DNA of 64,000 bases from positions 3,554 through 67,553 of the forward strand of contig CAYVTQ010000001.1 of the NCBI GenBank assembly GCA_964454865.1. Reading direction: 5' to 3'. The position numbers were made by a program, and so were the translations under genes. How positions within the stretch are numbered: position 1 is the stretch's first letter; every line of letters begins with the position of its first letter. The notes under the pieces are model-generated. The model saw only the letters and a list, made by a program, of their open reading frames with translations, did not search any database and was not told the origin of the DNA. The DNA comes from an uncultured Methanosarcinales archaeon. Its GTDB lineage: Archaea; Nanobdellota; Nanobdellia; Woesearchaeales; GW2011-AR4. Below are positions 28,233-38,464 of this stretch, piece after piece.

Positions 28233-29178
28233 ACCATTTTGCAGTAATGCCAATTCCCTTTTCCAGGCTTGTTCCCGGTTTGTATCCCAATTTTTTAATC
28301 TTTGCAATGTCGGGGCACCGCCTCAGCACGCTCCCTTTCTTCAGGCTTCCGGGCTCGACAATCACATCTTTCCCGAAATATTTGCCGACTTCCTTGGCAA
28401 CATCTTCTATTGAGGCTTCATCCATTGTCCCTATATTATAGGTCTCCAAATGCTTTCCTTTTTTCAGTACCAGCATAAGTCCGTCAATAAAATCATCAAT
28501 GTATACAAAAGCCCTCATTTCCCTTCCAGTGCCCTCAATCGGAAATTTTACCGGATTCTTATTATTGCTCCTGCATATTTCCTTCATGCGCAGAACAAAC
28601 TGGGGGATTGCGTGCTCCCATCCCATATTGGGGCCGTATACATTATGAGGCCTGAAGATTATCACCCTGTCAAAATATTTTCTGCCGTAGTTTATCGCCA
28701 TGATCTCGCTGATTATCTTGCCGCCGGCATAGGAATATCTGGGATTGAGAGGATCAGGTATGGACAGAGGCACTGTTTCATCTGTAGGGATTGCATCCGG
28801 CTTCTGATACACTTCAGAGCTTGAAGCCAGCAGCAGCTCTTTGACTTTGTTCCTGATGCAGCCGTCAATGACATTTATAATTCCCTTTACGCCGACGTCC
28901 AAAACCAATTCCGGCATTTTATAAAAAAATTCCGTCCCGTTGATAAAAGCCAGATGAAAAACACCGTCAATATCCTTGCAGGCGGCATTCACAGCATTTG
29001 CGTCCCTTATGTCACCCTCCACAATCTCTATTTTACTTCCTATACCTCCTATTCGATCGAATGATCCCCTGGATGCATTATCCATGACCCTGACCTTATA
29101 CCCTTCCGCTATCAGGCGCCTGACAAGAGCGCTTCCGATAAATCCTGCCCCGCCTGTAACAAGATATTTTTTTGCCAT
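28198..29178 (-). CDS. NAD-dependent epimerase/dehydratase (extended SDR)
   Basis: VTGGAGFIGSAL Rossmann, YAGGK catalytic motif. Confidence 0.8.
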   Translation of the reverse strand: MAKKYLVTGGAGFIGSALVRRLIAEGYKVRVMDNASRGSFDRIGGIGSKIEIVEGDIRDANAVNAACKDIDGVFHLAFINGTEFFYKMPELVLDVGVKGIINVIDGCIRNKVKELLLASSSEVYQKPDAIPTDETVPLSIPDPLNPRYSYAGGKIISEIMAINYGRKYFDRVIIFRPHNVYGPNMGWEHAIPQFVLRMKEICRSNNKNPVKFPIEGTGREMRAFVYIDDFIDGLMLVLKKGKHLETYNIGTMDEASIEDVAKEVGKYFGKDVIVEPGSLKKGSVLRRCPDIAKIKKLGYKPGTSLEKGIGITAKWYDENASKKPTG

Positions 29179-29240
29179 TTTTTAAATTATGAGAGGGTAG
29201 TTGAGGCATATTTAAATATTAGTCTTTTCTACTCCAAGCT

Positions 29241-29984
29241 ATGCAAAACAAAAAGCAGGAAGCCGCTTATTTTGATGAATTCACATCAGAAAAGCCCTGG
29301 AATGCATTCACAAAAAAAACATACCGGAAGATAGTCAGGCTATTCCTCCTGCTTGCCAATCCAAAAAAGGATGATATGATTATAGACATGGGATGCGGGA
29401 CAGGAGAGCTGGCTTATGAGATCTATAAAAGGGGCCATGCGAATATTATGGGGCTCGATATTTCAAAAAACTGCATAGCCATGGCTAAAGAAAAATATAA
29501 AGGAATAAAGTTTGAAGTGAGAGATGTAGAGAATACTGGGCTTAAGAATGATTCTGCCGACGCTCTTTTTTATTGCGGCATACTGCATCACTTTCAGCAT
29601 CAGTCAAGTCTGGCAAAAGAGGCCCGCAGAATCCTGAAAAAAGGAGGGAAAATCTTCGTCTTCGAGCCCAACGCCTCAAACCCTGTCTTATGGCTTTTCA
29701 GAAACAAAAAATCGCCTGTAAGCTCGAAAAAGCTCAAGACACCCAATGAGGAATTTCTGGATTTGGGGCGGATTAAGTCAGCGCTCGAAAAAGAAAATCT
29801 CAGGGCCATGGAGATCGGATGCATCTCGGGAATAAGCTACTCAACAGACCACTTCAAAAAGCTGATGCCTTTTCCCTTTCATTACAGCGCTTATTTCTAC
29901 AACATTTTTGACGCCGCGCTGAACTGCACTCCATTAAGGAAGAAAAGAGGATCTTTCATCTATGGGTGCTTTGAGAAGGTTTAA
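29241..29984 (+). CDS. Class I SAM-dependent methyltransferase
   Basis: IDMGCGTGEL motif I, GLDIS motif II. Confidence 0.7.
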   Translation: MQNKKQEAAYFDEFTSEKPWNAFTKKTYRKIVRLFLLLANPKKDDMIIDMGCGTGELAYEIYKRGHANIMGLDISKNCIAMAKEKYKGIKFEVRDVENTGLKNDSADALFYCGILHHFQHQSSLAKEARRILKKGGKIFVFEPNASNPVLWLFRNKKSPVSSKKLKTPNEEFLDLGRIKSALEKENLRAMEIGCISGISYSTDHFKKLMPFPFHYSAYFYNIFDAALNCTPLRKKRGSFIYGCFEKV

Positions 29985-30778
29985 TTTTGATTTTTCTTCC
30001 TTATCGAATCAATCTTCTCCGGCACTATCAAAGCAGCTTTCCTTCCTTTTGCCCTGTGCAGCCCTTTCAGCCCCCGGAAAAACCATTTTGAGTACTCGAT
30101 AACCCACGGGCCGAGCCTGAAGCTCGATTTTCCGCCGTAAAACCTGTTGATTGAGATGATTGGCACTTCTCCAAGCTTCAATCCCATTCGCTGCACTTTT
30201 ATTGCCATCTCAAATGCCACAGCCCAGCCAACTGGCTTTGATTCTATGCTTAGTTTTTCAAACAAAGGGCGCCTGAACATCTTGACTCCCAAAGTCAAGT
30301 CAGTAAGCGCAGAGCCTGAAATGGCATAAAAAAGCCGGTTTGCAATCCTTGATAAGAGCCTGCTTGCAAAGTAGCCGCCCAGTATCCTCCCGCCATGCGC
30401 ATATCTTGTGGCGCTGACAAAATCGCATCCCTTATCCATGAGCCGTATCATGTCGTCAACTGCCAGTATAGGCCCTATATCGTCCGCCGCAATTATCAGC
30501 ACATAGTCCCCTGCTGCGGCTGCAACGCCGGATCTTATGGCGTTTGGAATTCCCCTCCCAAGCTGGTTGTGCACCAATTTCAGGCCGGGATAATCTGGCT
30601 GCATTGATTTTACAACAGGAATGCTGTCATCATTAGGGATATCATGCACTATCAATACCTCATGCGGCACTTCTATGGCGGCTCTGAGAATCCTGAGCAT
30701 CATCTTCAGGTTGATGCCTTCATTAAAAACAGGTATGAGAAGCGATAATTTTATATTATTTGATTTGTTTTTTGCCAT
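29981..30778 (-). CDS. Glycosyltransferase family 2
   Basis: LSLLIPVFNE start, DDS/DxD region of GT-A fold. Confidence 0.75.
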   Translation of the reverse strand: MAKNKSNNIKLSLLIPVFNEGINLKMMLRILRAAIEVPHEVLIVHDIPNDDSIPVVKSMQPDYPGLKLVHNQLGRGIPNAIRSGVAAAAGDYVLIIAADDIGPILAVDDMIRLMDKGCDFVSATRYAHGGRILGGYFASRLLSRIANRLFYAISGSALTDLTLGVKMFRRPLFEKLSIESKPVGWAVAFEMAIKVQRMGLKLGEVPIISINRFYGGKSSFRLGPWVIEYSKWFFRGLKGLHRAKGRKAALIVPEKIDSIRKKNQN

Positions 30779-30780
30779 TT

Positions 30781-31542
30781 TTAATTTGCGGATTCCTGCC
30801 TTTTGTATTTCTTCCAGAGGCTTGTATCCAAAGAGGAGTCTTTCGCCATGCTGAAGCTGACCTGCTTTAAAATCTCCTTAAATTCGCAGGGCTCCAGCGA
30901 AGGCTTGAATTCCTTATACCTCTCATAATCGGATTTTCTTTCATCACCTATGTTTATTGTGCCTATAAAACTGCTATTGAGCATTGCATGGATTGCTTTG
31001 ACAAGCCCTTTTATCTGCATTTTGGAGGAGTATGCATCAGTTGCGGACTCGTCAAATCTTATAGCGCCGGGATCGAAAAAGCTTGTGCGTATAATGCAGA
31101 AATTATCCAGCATATTTACAGCGCATTCGCCTGCAAGCTTGGTCCAGCCATAGTTATTGTAAGGGATGGCCGCGTCTTTTTCCGAATAATTCCCCCTTGC
31201 TCCGGAATAAACGCCGTCAGTTGAAATAAAAATAAATCTGGCGCTCCCCTGTTTTTTTTCCTTGAGCTTCAGGGCCTCAATCACCAAGTTGGAAGTCCCG
31301 ATAACGTTAGTGCCGATTGATTTAACGGGATCTGACTGGCAATCAGCCATTCTTGCGATTGCGGCGCAGTGGATTATTGCGCCAAAATCATTCTTTTCAA
31401 AAAACCTGCTTATTGAAGACTGGTCTGTTATATCCATCTTTTCATGGGAAGGCGCCAGAATGCCGGAAAAATATCCTGATTTTATTATTTCCTGCCCAAG
31501 CCTGCCTGAGCCGCCGGTTAAAAGTATGTTTTTATATTGCAT
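30781..31542 (-). CDS. NAD(P)-dependent sugar-nucleotide reductase/epimerase (RfbD-like SDR)
   Basis: LLTGGSGRLG Rossmann, YGWTK catalytic pair; 253 aa. Confidence 0.6.
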   Translation of the reverse strand: MQYKNILLTGGSGRLGQEIIKSGYFSGILAPSHEKMDITDQSSISRFFEKNDFGAIIHCAAIARMADCQSDPVKSIGTNVIGTSNLVIEALKLKEKKQGSARFIFISTDGVYSGARGNYSEKDAAIPYNNYGWTKLAGECAVNMLDNFCIIRTSFFDPGAIRFDESATDAYSSKMQIKGLVKAIHAMLNSSFIGTINIGDERKSDYERYKEFKPSLEPCEFKEILKQVSFSMAKDSSLDTSLWKKYKRQESAN

Positions 31543-31559
31543 TTTAAGATAGCCATGCT

Positions 31560-32777
31560 CTAAGCACTGCCCTTTTTTATGACACCCCAGAGGTCAACTA
31601 CCTCCTTGGCTTTTGGCACTGCAAGGCTTTTATAAGCAGAATGCGGCACCCCTACAATTATTATGTCGCTTAACTCCACCAGTTTTTCTTTAGTGATGAA
31701 GTCGGGATTTTTTGCGTATTCATCGGAATAATAGACTTCTGCGCCATGAAATCTGAGTATCTTGCCTAATTTAAAGGAAAGGGAGTCCCTTACATCATCA
31801 ATTTCCGCTTTAAACGCCATTCCAAGTATGCCTATTTTTGCCTTGTTAAGGTCGCGCTTTTTTCTCAGGTTGTCCACAATAAAATTAGGCAGGCCTTCAT
31901 TTACCATCATGGCAGCATGCCCCAGAAGAAAATTATTGCTGTTAAAGGCTGCCAGCTGCATTGTATCCTTAAGAAGGCAGGGGCCCGCCGCAAATCCCGC
32001 GGTTGGCAGGGTTGCTGCCCTGCCATACCCTTCTGTCATGGCACCCCTCACTCTGTCATAATCAACGCCGAAGTTAGTTGAAATCATGTAGAACTGGTTG
32101 GCTACGGCAAATTGAACATATCTCCACGCATTTGAAAACAGCTTTACCAGCTCAGCCTCTCCGATGGAAGATCTTATGATTTTTGGAGAAAGTATGCCAA
32201 AAAGCTCAGAGGCATTCTGCACTGCCTTTTCGCTCAGCCCGGCAACAATCTGGGGAAGCTCCTTCAATTCTTTGAGCGCATATCCCTGCACGATGCGCTC
32301 AGGGCAGTAAGATATGTTCCATTCAGCCCCGTCTTCTAAAAGATTTGCAATCTGCCTGCAGGTATGGGGATATACTGTGCTTCTTATTATTATTGTCTGC
32401 TCCTTATGCAGGTATTTTTTAATGCTGTTAAAAGCTTCAAGAAATGCCCTTGTTTTTGGATTCAAAAACTCATCTACAGGAGTTCCTATCGCAATAATAA
32501 CATATTTCGCTTTGGAGATTATCCCTGAATCCAGAGAGACTTCCAGCTTTCCGTTCTCCAGAACTTTTTTCAGAATGGGCTCTGCCCCCTCCTCCATAAA
32601 CGGCATCATCCCATTTAAAACCAGATTAGCATTGTCTTTATCAACATCGCAAAGGCATACTTTCAGGCCTTTCTCCGCAAAAGCCAGGCCAAGTGGCAGC
32701 CCTACATGGCCCAATCCCCCGATTATAGCTATATCAAATTCATTCTCGGTTTTCAACATTATCCCGCTGACCCCCAT
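31560..32777 (-). CDS. Nucleotide-sugar 6-dehydrogenase (UDP-Glc/UDP-ManNAc dehydrogenase family)
   Basis: IAIIGGLGHVG N-terminal Rossmann, central catalytic Cys region (GPCLLKD). Confidence 0.85.
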   Translation of the reverse strand: MGVSGIMLKTENEFDIAIIGGLGHVGLPLGLAFAEKGLKVCLCDVDKDNANLVLNGMMPFMEEGAEPILKKVLENGKLEVSLDSGIISKAKYVIIAIGTPVDEFLNPKTRAFLEAFNSIKKYLHKEQTIIIRSTVYPHTCRQIANLLEDGAEWNISYCPERIVQGYALKELKELPQIVAGLSEKAVQNASELFGILSPKIIRSSIGEAELVKLFSNAWRYVQFAVANQFYMISTNFGVDYDRVRGAMTEGYGRAATLPTAGFAAGPCLLKDTMQLAAFNSNNFLLGHAAMMVNEGLPNFIVDNLRKKRDLNKAKIGILGMAFKAEIDDVRDSLSFKLGKILRFHGAEVYYSDEYAKNPDFITKEKLVELSDIIIVGVPHSAYKSLAVPKAKEVVDLWGVIKKGSA

Positions 32778-32881
32778 CTTCTCTTCCTCGATATTGAGGA
32801 TAATTTAAATAACTTACTGATTTCTTTTTCGAAAAGCTTTTAATAAAATAGGATATTCAAAATAATAATCAGGCGGATGCT

Positions 32882-34348
32882 TTGATAATGATCCAAAAAA
32901 AATTTATAAGGAATGCCAGCTTAAACACTAAAAAAAATGCAGGGCCAATTCTCTTTCTTATTGTTATATTCGGGCTGGCATTTCGGCTAATCTTCTTTTC
33001 AGGCGTCGGAACTTCAGACGACCTTGCTTACAGCAAATATGCCTATAATATCCAGAAGGGCATTGATCCCGGGAGCACGCTCACTTTATCTGCAAGGCTC
33101 GGTCTTCTTTACCCTACAGCCCTTTCCTACCATCTTTTTGGAGTTAATGACTTCTCATCAGTGCTATTTGTGCTTATTGCTGCAATGGGAAACATTATTC
33201 TGGCATATCTTTTCGGAAATCTGCTGGGCAGCAAAAAAATCGGGCTGATTGCAGCTTTTTTATTGGCGATATTTCCTTTAGAGGTTGTGCATTCCACTGA
33301 ATTGCTGGCTGACCTGCCCTCCTCTTTCTTCATGGCATTAGGGGCTTATGTATTCCTGTATTCCGAAAAGAAATCCAAGCCGAAGCCGTATTATTTTCTT
33401 TCGGGGGCTTTAATCGGGATAGGCTATCTGATAAGGGAAAGCGCAGTTCTTATTGTGCTGTTCTTTCTGATGTATGCTATATATACAAGAAGGATCAAAA
33501 AAGAGCATCTGCTTGCTGCAGCAGGCTTTATTTTGATATTTACCGGCGAGATTTTAGCATTTTACAGCCTTACCGGCAACCCTTTGTTTAGATTTACCGC
33601 AACGCAGGACTATCTTATCAAGGCTTCAATAGCCCATAACTATTTTGGGAGGCTTTCATTCCCGCAGGGGCTGTTCCATTACCCTTATGTCATATTAACA
33701 AATAGCATCATCTCTTTTTTTTATGCCTTTATATTTGCCGCTATAATCTATTTCTTAAAAGTCAGGAGAAAAGAAACTTACATATTGCTGTTATGGTTCA
33801 TCCCCTTACTTTTGTATCTGAGCTTCGGCTCTTCAAGCTTTTCCATGTATATCCCATTTAAGGCTGAACCAAGATACCTTTCAGTAATAACGATGCCTGG
33901 AATTTTATTGCTGGCTTTTTTCTTTTCTGAAAAAAACAGGGCAATTTTAAGAATGATATTTCCTTTGGGCATGGCTGTTCTGCTCATCAGCTCTGTCATG
34001 TCCGCCTTTACAAATCTAAACAACAATGATGCTTCTGACAATCTGAAACTTATATACCCCTACCTCAAGGATTCAAAGAAGGCTGTTTATACAGATGAAA
34101 GGTCAAAACAGGTGCTGGAGTACCTTTCCGGATATAAGAATACTGGTGTGAGGGCATTTCCAGAAAATCTCAAGGTGGCCGGAGATTCTTATATCATAAT
34201 AAATAAGGCAATGATAGGAGGGCTGATGGAATCGAATGCAAATATCCAATTTCCGGCAGAAGTCAGTGACCCACCTAAAAAATGGATAGTGCTGAAAGAC
34301 TTGAAAAAAGAAGATCGCGAGAATGCCATTGTCTATTATGCGCCATGA
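32882..34348 (+). CDS. GT39/GT83-like (PMT/ArnT-type) polytopic glycosyltransferase
   Basis: About 11 predicted TM helices with N-terminal loop DD motif (GTSDDLAY); 488 aa. Confidence 0.6.
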   Translation: MIMIQKKFIRNASLNTKKNAGPILFLIVIFGLAFRLIFFSGVGTSDDLAYSKYAYNIQKGIDPGSTLTLSARLGLLYPTALSYHLFGVNDFSSVLFVLIAAMGNIILAYLFGNLLGSKKIGLIAAFLLAIFPLEVVHSTELLADLPSSFFMALGAYVFLYSEKKSKPKPYYFLSGALIGIGYLIRESAVLIVLFFLMYAIYTRRIKKEHLLAAAGFILIFTGEILAFYSLTGNPLFRFTATQDYLIKASIAHNYFGRLSFPQGLFHYPYVILTNSIISFFYAFIFAAIIYFLKVRRKETYILLLWFIPLLLYLSFGSSSFSMYIPFKAEPRYLSVITMPGILLLAFFFSEKNRAILRMIFPLGMAVLLISSVMSAFTNLNNNDASDNLKLIYPYLKDSKKAVYTDERSKQVLEYLSGYKNTGVRAFPENLKVAGDSYIIINKAMIGGLMESNANIQFPAEVSDPPKKWIVLKDLKKEDRENAIVYYAP

Positions 34349-34370
34349 TTTTGAGAGGTAAGCGTCATTC

Positions 34371-34627
34371 GGCTTCATCCAAAATTCGCAAAACAAGCGA
34401 GGCAAGATTTTGAATCTTGCCAAATCGGCGCTCAGGTTGGCAGCTTCGAGCCCAGCACAGTATATGATGCAGTATCGTTGATGTCCCGTATGGAGCGTCC
34501 CCTTCAACTCTGTTTAAGTGCTTGATAAATGGGCTCGACTTGCTCGAAAAGCAACAGACAGCCTTGATTAGCTTTTCGGCACCGCCTGAGGCGGTAATGC
34601 TGCCAACCCATTTTTTGGATGAATCCG
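34371..34627. repeat. MITE-like repeat, family 1 long copy (TIR GGCTTCATCCAAAA) carrying inserted family 2 core
   Basis: Matches the 163-bp copy at 55103..55265 end to end, plus two internal insertions, one equal to the family 2 core. Confidence 0.65.
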
Positions 34628-34642
34628 CATCATTCAAAAGCT

Positions 34643-34650
34643 TTTTAAAA
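34643..34650 (+). promoter_or_regulatory. TATA-like box (TTTTTAAAA) upstream of aglB
   Basis: 23-30 nt upstream of ATG at 34673, directly after the repeat. Confidence 0.3.
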
Positions 34651-34672
34651 CAGGTTAATTACCCCAGAACTG

Positions 34673-37600
34673 ATGGAAGATAAAAAGGATGATGATATAA
34701 CTATAGACTTTGGCAAGATGTGGGGTTCATTAAAGAGTCATGCGAAACTTTCTGCTGAGCCGGAAGATAAGAAGGGGGCAAATCCCGCTCAAAGCGAATC
34801 TGGCTCAAAAGACGCAAATTCTAATGCGGAGACTTCAAAGAAAAAAGATGCGGATTATATCAATCTGGATTTCAGCAAAATCAGGAAATTCTTCAAATCG
34901 GATGAAAGGGAAGGCGAAAAACTCCATGCCGCTGAAAATAGGCAAAATGAAGATGAAGTCATCCTCAATTTTTCGGGTTTTAAGAAAAAAGTCAGCGAGG
35001 CATTTACGGCTGATAAAGGGAAAGAGCAGAGGGACGAAACTGTAATTGATATCAAGAGCATAATCCCTTTTTTTAAGAAATATGCATGGCTATTTGCAGT
35101 GATTATACCCATTGTGCTGTCAATTTATATTAGGATGCAGTCTGCGAATCTGCCGATAATTGACCAGTGGGCAGCCAATACTGTGATTAATTCAGCAAGG
35201 TCCCAGATACAGTCACAAATAGATGCCCAGTATCCCAATCTTCCGCAAGCCAATAAAAACACAATATTGGAATCGGAGCTTCAAAAATTTTTGGTCCAGA
35301 ACAAAGCGCAGGTTGAACAGCAGATGGCTGGGACATCAAGCTATTTAAAATCTTTTTTTCAGGATGAAAGCGGCAAAATCTATATGCCGGATATAGATCC
35401 CTACTACTGGTACAGGTATGCAAAAAATATTATTGAAAAGGGATATCCGGGAGATGAGGTAAGAGATGGCGTGCAGTGGGATAATCATCAGGAGGCTCCT
35501 TTAGGCAGGCCTATACAGGCAGACATGTTTCATTCTTACTTCCTTGCTTATCTCTACAAAGCGCTGCATATTTTCAATTCAGGCATCACTCTAATGAGCT
35601 CTACGATGTATTATCCTGTCCTAGTGTCTGCTTTGGCTGTTTTGCTGGCTTTTTTGATAGGAAGAAAGGTATGCGGCAATGTGGGCGGATTTTTTTCTGC
35701 GCTTATGATGGCTGTAAACTCTTCTTTCATGGGAAGGACATTGTTCGGCCATGCAGATTCTGATGCATGGATTGTCCTATTTTCTTTGCTGATAGCATGG
35801 CTGACGCTCGAGTTTTTTGAGAGCAAAAATAAGCTTACGGGCATAGCCTTGGCTGTTGCTGCAGGATTTCTGGCCGGAGTCTTCAGCATAACATGGTCCG
35901 GATGGTTTTTCATAACTGAATTTATTTTTGGCGTGGCCGGAGTCAACATATTATATCATGCAATTCAAGAAATCAGGAAAGAAGGGAGAATCAATTTCAG
36001 CAAAATTATCAGCAATAGCCAAATTAAAAATATGGTTTTACTTGCAGCAGTGTTTTTTGTTTCAGTCGGGGCTTTTGTGACTTTATTCAATAATTTCAAT
36101 GCATTCAGGAGCTCGCTTCTTCCTTTCTCTTTCATAACTATAAAGGAGCCTGTAAGGTTTGGAAGCCTTTGGCCAAATGTGCTGACGACAGTGGCTGAGC
36201 TTAACGAGGGCTCTTATAATCAGGTCATTAATTCTATTGGCGGGAGATTCTTGTGGTATGTAGGGCTGCTGGGCGTTCTGCTCACTTTGCTCAAGAAAAA
36301 TCACGACGGCAAAACAGATATCAAATATTTTGTTTTGTTGAGCGTGTGGATTGCCGCTTCTGTTTATGCTTCATTAAAAGGCATAAGGTTCACAATCCTA
36401 ATATCGCCTGCATTCAGCATTGCTTTCGGCTCGGCTTTGGGGTTTGCATACCTGTATTTTTCCAAATGGCTGAATAAGGAATTGCACATACACAGAGGGA
36501 TTTCCGGCACTGTGCTCATTGTAGTCTTTACATTGCCCTATATAAGCGCCATTAATGCCTCTATAGATGCCGCGGGCGGGGATATTCCATTAATAAATGA
36601 TGCATGGTACAACTCCCTGATAAAAATTAAGGAAAACTCCAATCCTAATGCAATAATAACCTCATGGTGGGATTTCGGGCACCACTTTAAGGCATTAGCT
36701 GACAGGCCTGTAACTTTTGATGGAACCACCCAGGAAAAGCCCGATGCCCATTGGGTAGGAAGGCTTTTTATGACTAGCGATGAGGCAGAAGCTATAGGAA
36801 TTTTAAGAATGATTGACTGCGGCCAAAATAACGCCTATTGGACCCTGCTTAAGGAAAAAGGCCAGGACATCCACTCCTCAATAAACACTGTCAGGAGAAT
36901 AATTTTAATGGATAAAGAGAGCGCAAGAAGGGAGCTAATAAGAATAGGGGTCTCTGAAGATAAGGCTGAAGAAATCCTGAAGAGCAGCCATTGCACTCCG
37001 CCGGAAGCTTTTGCCATAGCTTCAGATGATATGATAGGCAAAAGCGGCGTCTGGGGCCACTTTGGAAGCTGGAATTTTGAAAGGGCGGATATATGGTTCA
37101 ATACAAAAGATAAGGCGATTGATGATGCAGTACAATATATGCAGGATAAATTCAACTATACCAGAGAGAGAGCAGAAAGCATATACTTTGAGATTCAGTC
37201 CCTCAGCACCCCTAGCGATGCCAATGCATGGATAGCGCCATGGCCAGGCTATGGCGGCACAATCAAGTGCAGCAGAAAGTCTTTGAACGAATCTTTGCTT
37301 CAATGCGATAACAGCTTCCAGATAAATCTCACCAATATGGATGCATTTGCATTGGGGCAGCAGGGAATTGTAAGGCCTAAGCTGTTTGCTTATCCTTCAG
37401 AAAAAGGAATCAATATCAAGGAGTTTGGAAGCAATACTGTCGGTCTTGGATTTACCTTAGTGCCGAAAAGCCAAAATGAGTTTGAGGTCGTATTATCCAG
37501 CCCAGAATTGGCAGGCAGCATGTTTACGAGAATGTTCTATATGAATGGGTACGGCTTAAAATATTTTAAACAATTTAGCAATGAGAGGGGATATACCGGA

Positions 37601-37705
37601 ACAAATGTTTATGTATACAAGGTAGACTGGGAAGGCAAAAACATGACACTCTCCAATGACTACCTCAATTATATGAAAGTTGGAGATGAACTGCCGGACA
37701 AATAA
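34673..37705 (+). CDS. aglB: Archaeal oligosaccharyltransferase AglB (STT3 family)
   Basis: WWDFG (WWDYG-type) motif at SWWDFGHH, multiple N-terminal TM helices, 1010 aa with large C-terminal soluble domain; roughly 130-aa hydrophilic N-terminal extension. Confidence 0.9.
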   Translation: MEDKKDDDITIDFGKMWGSLKSHAKLSAEPEDKKGANPAQSESGSKDANSNAETSKKKDADYINLDFSKIRKFFKSDEREGEKLHAAENRQNEDEVILNFSGFKKKVSEAFTADKGKEQRDETVIDIKSIIPFFKKYAWLFAVIIPIVLSIYIRMQSANLPIIDQWAANTVINSARSQIQSQIDAQYPNLPQANKNTILESELQKFLVQNKAQVEQQMAGTSSYLKSFFQDESGKIYMPDIDPYYWYRYAKNIIEKGYPGDEVRDGVQWDNHQEAPLGRPIQADMFHSYFLAYLYKALHIFNSGITLMSSTMYYPVLVSALAVLLAFLIGRKVCGNVGGFFSALMMAVNSSFMGRTLFGHADSDAWIVLFSLLIAWLTLEFFESKNKLTGIALAVAAGFLAGVFSITWSGWFFITEFIFGVAGVNILYHAIQEIRKEGRINFSKIISNSQIKNMVLLAAVFFVSVGAFVTLFNNFNAFRSSLLPFSFITIKEPVRFGSLWPNVLTTVAELNEGSYNQVINSIGGRFLWYVGLLGVLLTLLKKNHDGKTDIKYFVLLSVWIAASVYASLKGIRFTILISPAFSIAFGSALGFAYLYFSKWLNKELHIHRGISGTVLIVVFTLPYISAINASIDAAGGDIPLINDAWYNSLIKIKENSNPNAIITSWWDFGHHFKALADRPVTFDGTTQEKPDAHWVGRLFMTSDEAEAIGILRMIDCGQNNAYWTLLKEKGQDIHSSINTVRRIILMDKESARRELIRIGVSEDKAEEILKSSHCTPPEAFAIASDDMIGKSGVWGHFGSWNFERADIWFNTKDKAIDDAVQYMQDKFNYTRERAESIYFEIQSLSTPSDANAWIAPWPGYGGTIKCSRKSLNESLLQCDNSFQINLTNMDAFALGQQGIVRPKLFAYPSEKGINIKEFGSNTVGLGFTLVPKSQNEFEVVLSSPELAGSMFTRMFYMNGYGLKYFKQFSNERGYTGTNVYVYKVDWEGKNMTLSNDYLNYMKVGDELPDK

Positions 37706-37724
37706 ATCATTCTCTAGCCCAGCC

Positions 37725-38303
37725 TTACCAAAACCCTTCCCTTATTTTCCTTGATTCTGAATCATTATCTCTGTCTGTGACTTTTTTTGAAACCACAACG
37801 ACTGCTCTATAGAATGGTATGTGAATGGACAGCAAATTCCTAAATCCGCATCTCCTGAAGAGCCATCTCACGCTTACTTTTGTCGCCGGCTTTTTATGGT
37901 CCGGGACGTTGTAAAACCTTCTTGAGAGGTAAGTGCTTATGGTTATAACAATATTGCTTGATAACGATGCAAGCTTTTTCACAAATTTTTCCTGGTCTTC
38001 CATATGCTCAATTATCATGCTGTTGAAAACAACATCATACTTGCCGTTAAAATCCCATAAATCCTTTATTATGACATTCTTCGCCTTATATCTCTCGTCA
38101 AGCTCTATCCCAAAAGCCTTAAAGCCCATCTTCTGGGCAGTTTTCATAAAGTGGCCGGGACCGCAGGCAACATCAAGGACAGTTTCACAGCCCCCGCAGT
38201 ACTTATTCAGAAGCCACTTGTAAAACCGCCTTCTCACTGCAGTCTTCATTTTGCTTGAAAAAGTGGAATCATCTTTCCATGGATTGCTGAATAGTTGTGG
38301 CAT
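37725..38303 (-). CDS. Class I SAM-dependent methyltransferase
   Basis: VLDVACGPGHF motif I. Confidence 0.7.
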   Translation of the reverse strand: MPQLFSNPWKDDSTFSSKMKTAVRRRFYKWLLNKYCGGCETVLDVACGPGHFMKTAQKMGFKAFGIELDERYKAKNVIIKDLWDFNGKYDVVFNSMIIEHMEDQEKFVKKLASLSSNIVITISTYLSRRFYNVPDHKKPATKVSVRWLFRRCGFRNLLSIHIPFYRAVVVVSKKVTDRDNDSESRKIREGFW

Positions 38304-38464
38304 TTTGCCTGCAAAACCTTTATAAGATATATAAAATTATCGCCGAACATGAGAAAGGCAGTAATAAGGTTACAACATATCAGTGCAAGAGTGAATTCAA
38401 TTGTTTTTCGGAATCCTGCAAGAGTGATAGGTAAAGTAAAAGACCAGATAATATTGTCCTAAAA

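Noticed and set aside
28198-28307. 110-bp same-strand overlap between the C-methyltransferase ORF and the upstream SDR gene
   Set aside because: Most likely a start-codon over-extension in the ORF track; the internal Met (MMKM, about 28232) gives a conventional short overlap, so no programmed frameshift is invoked
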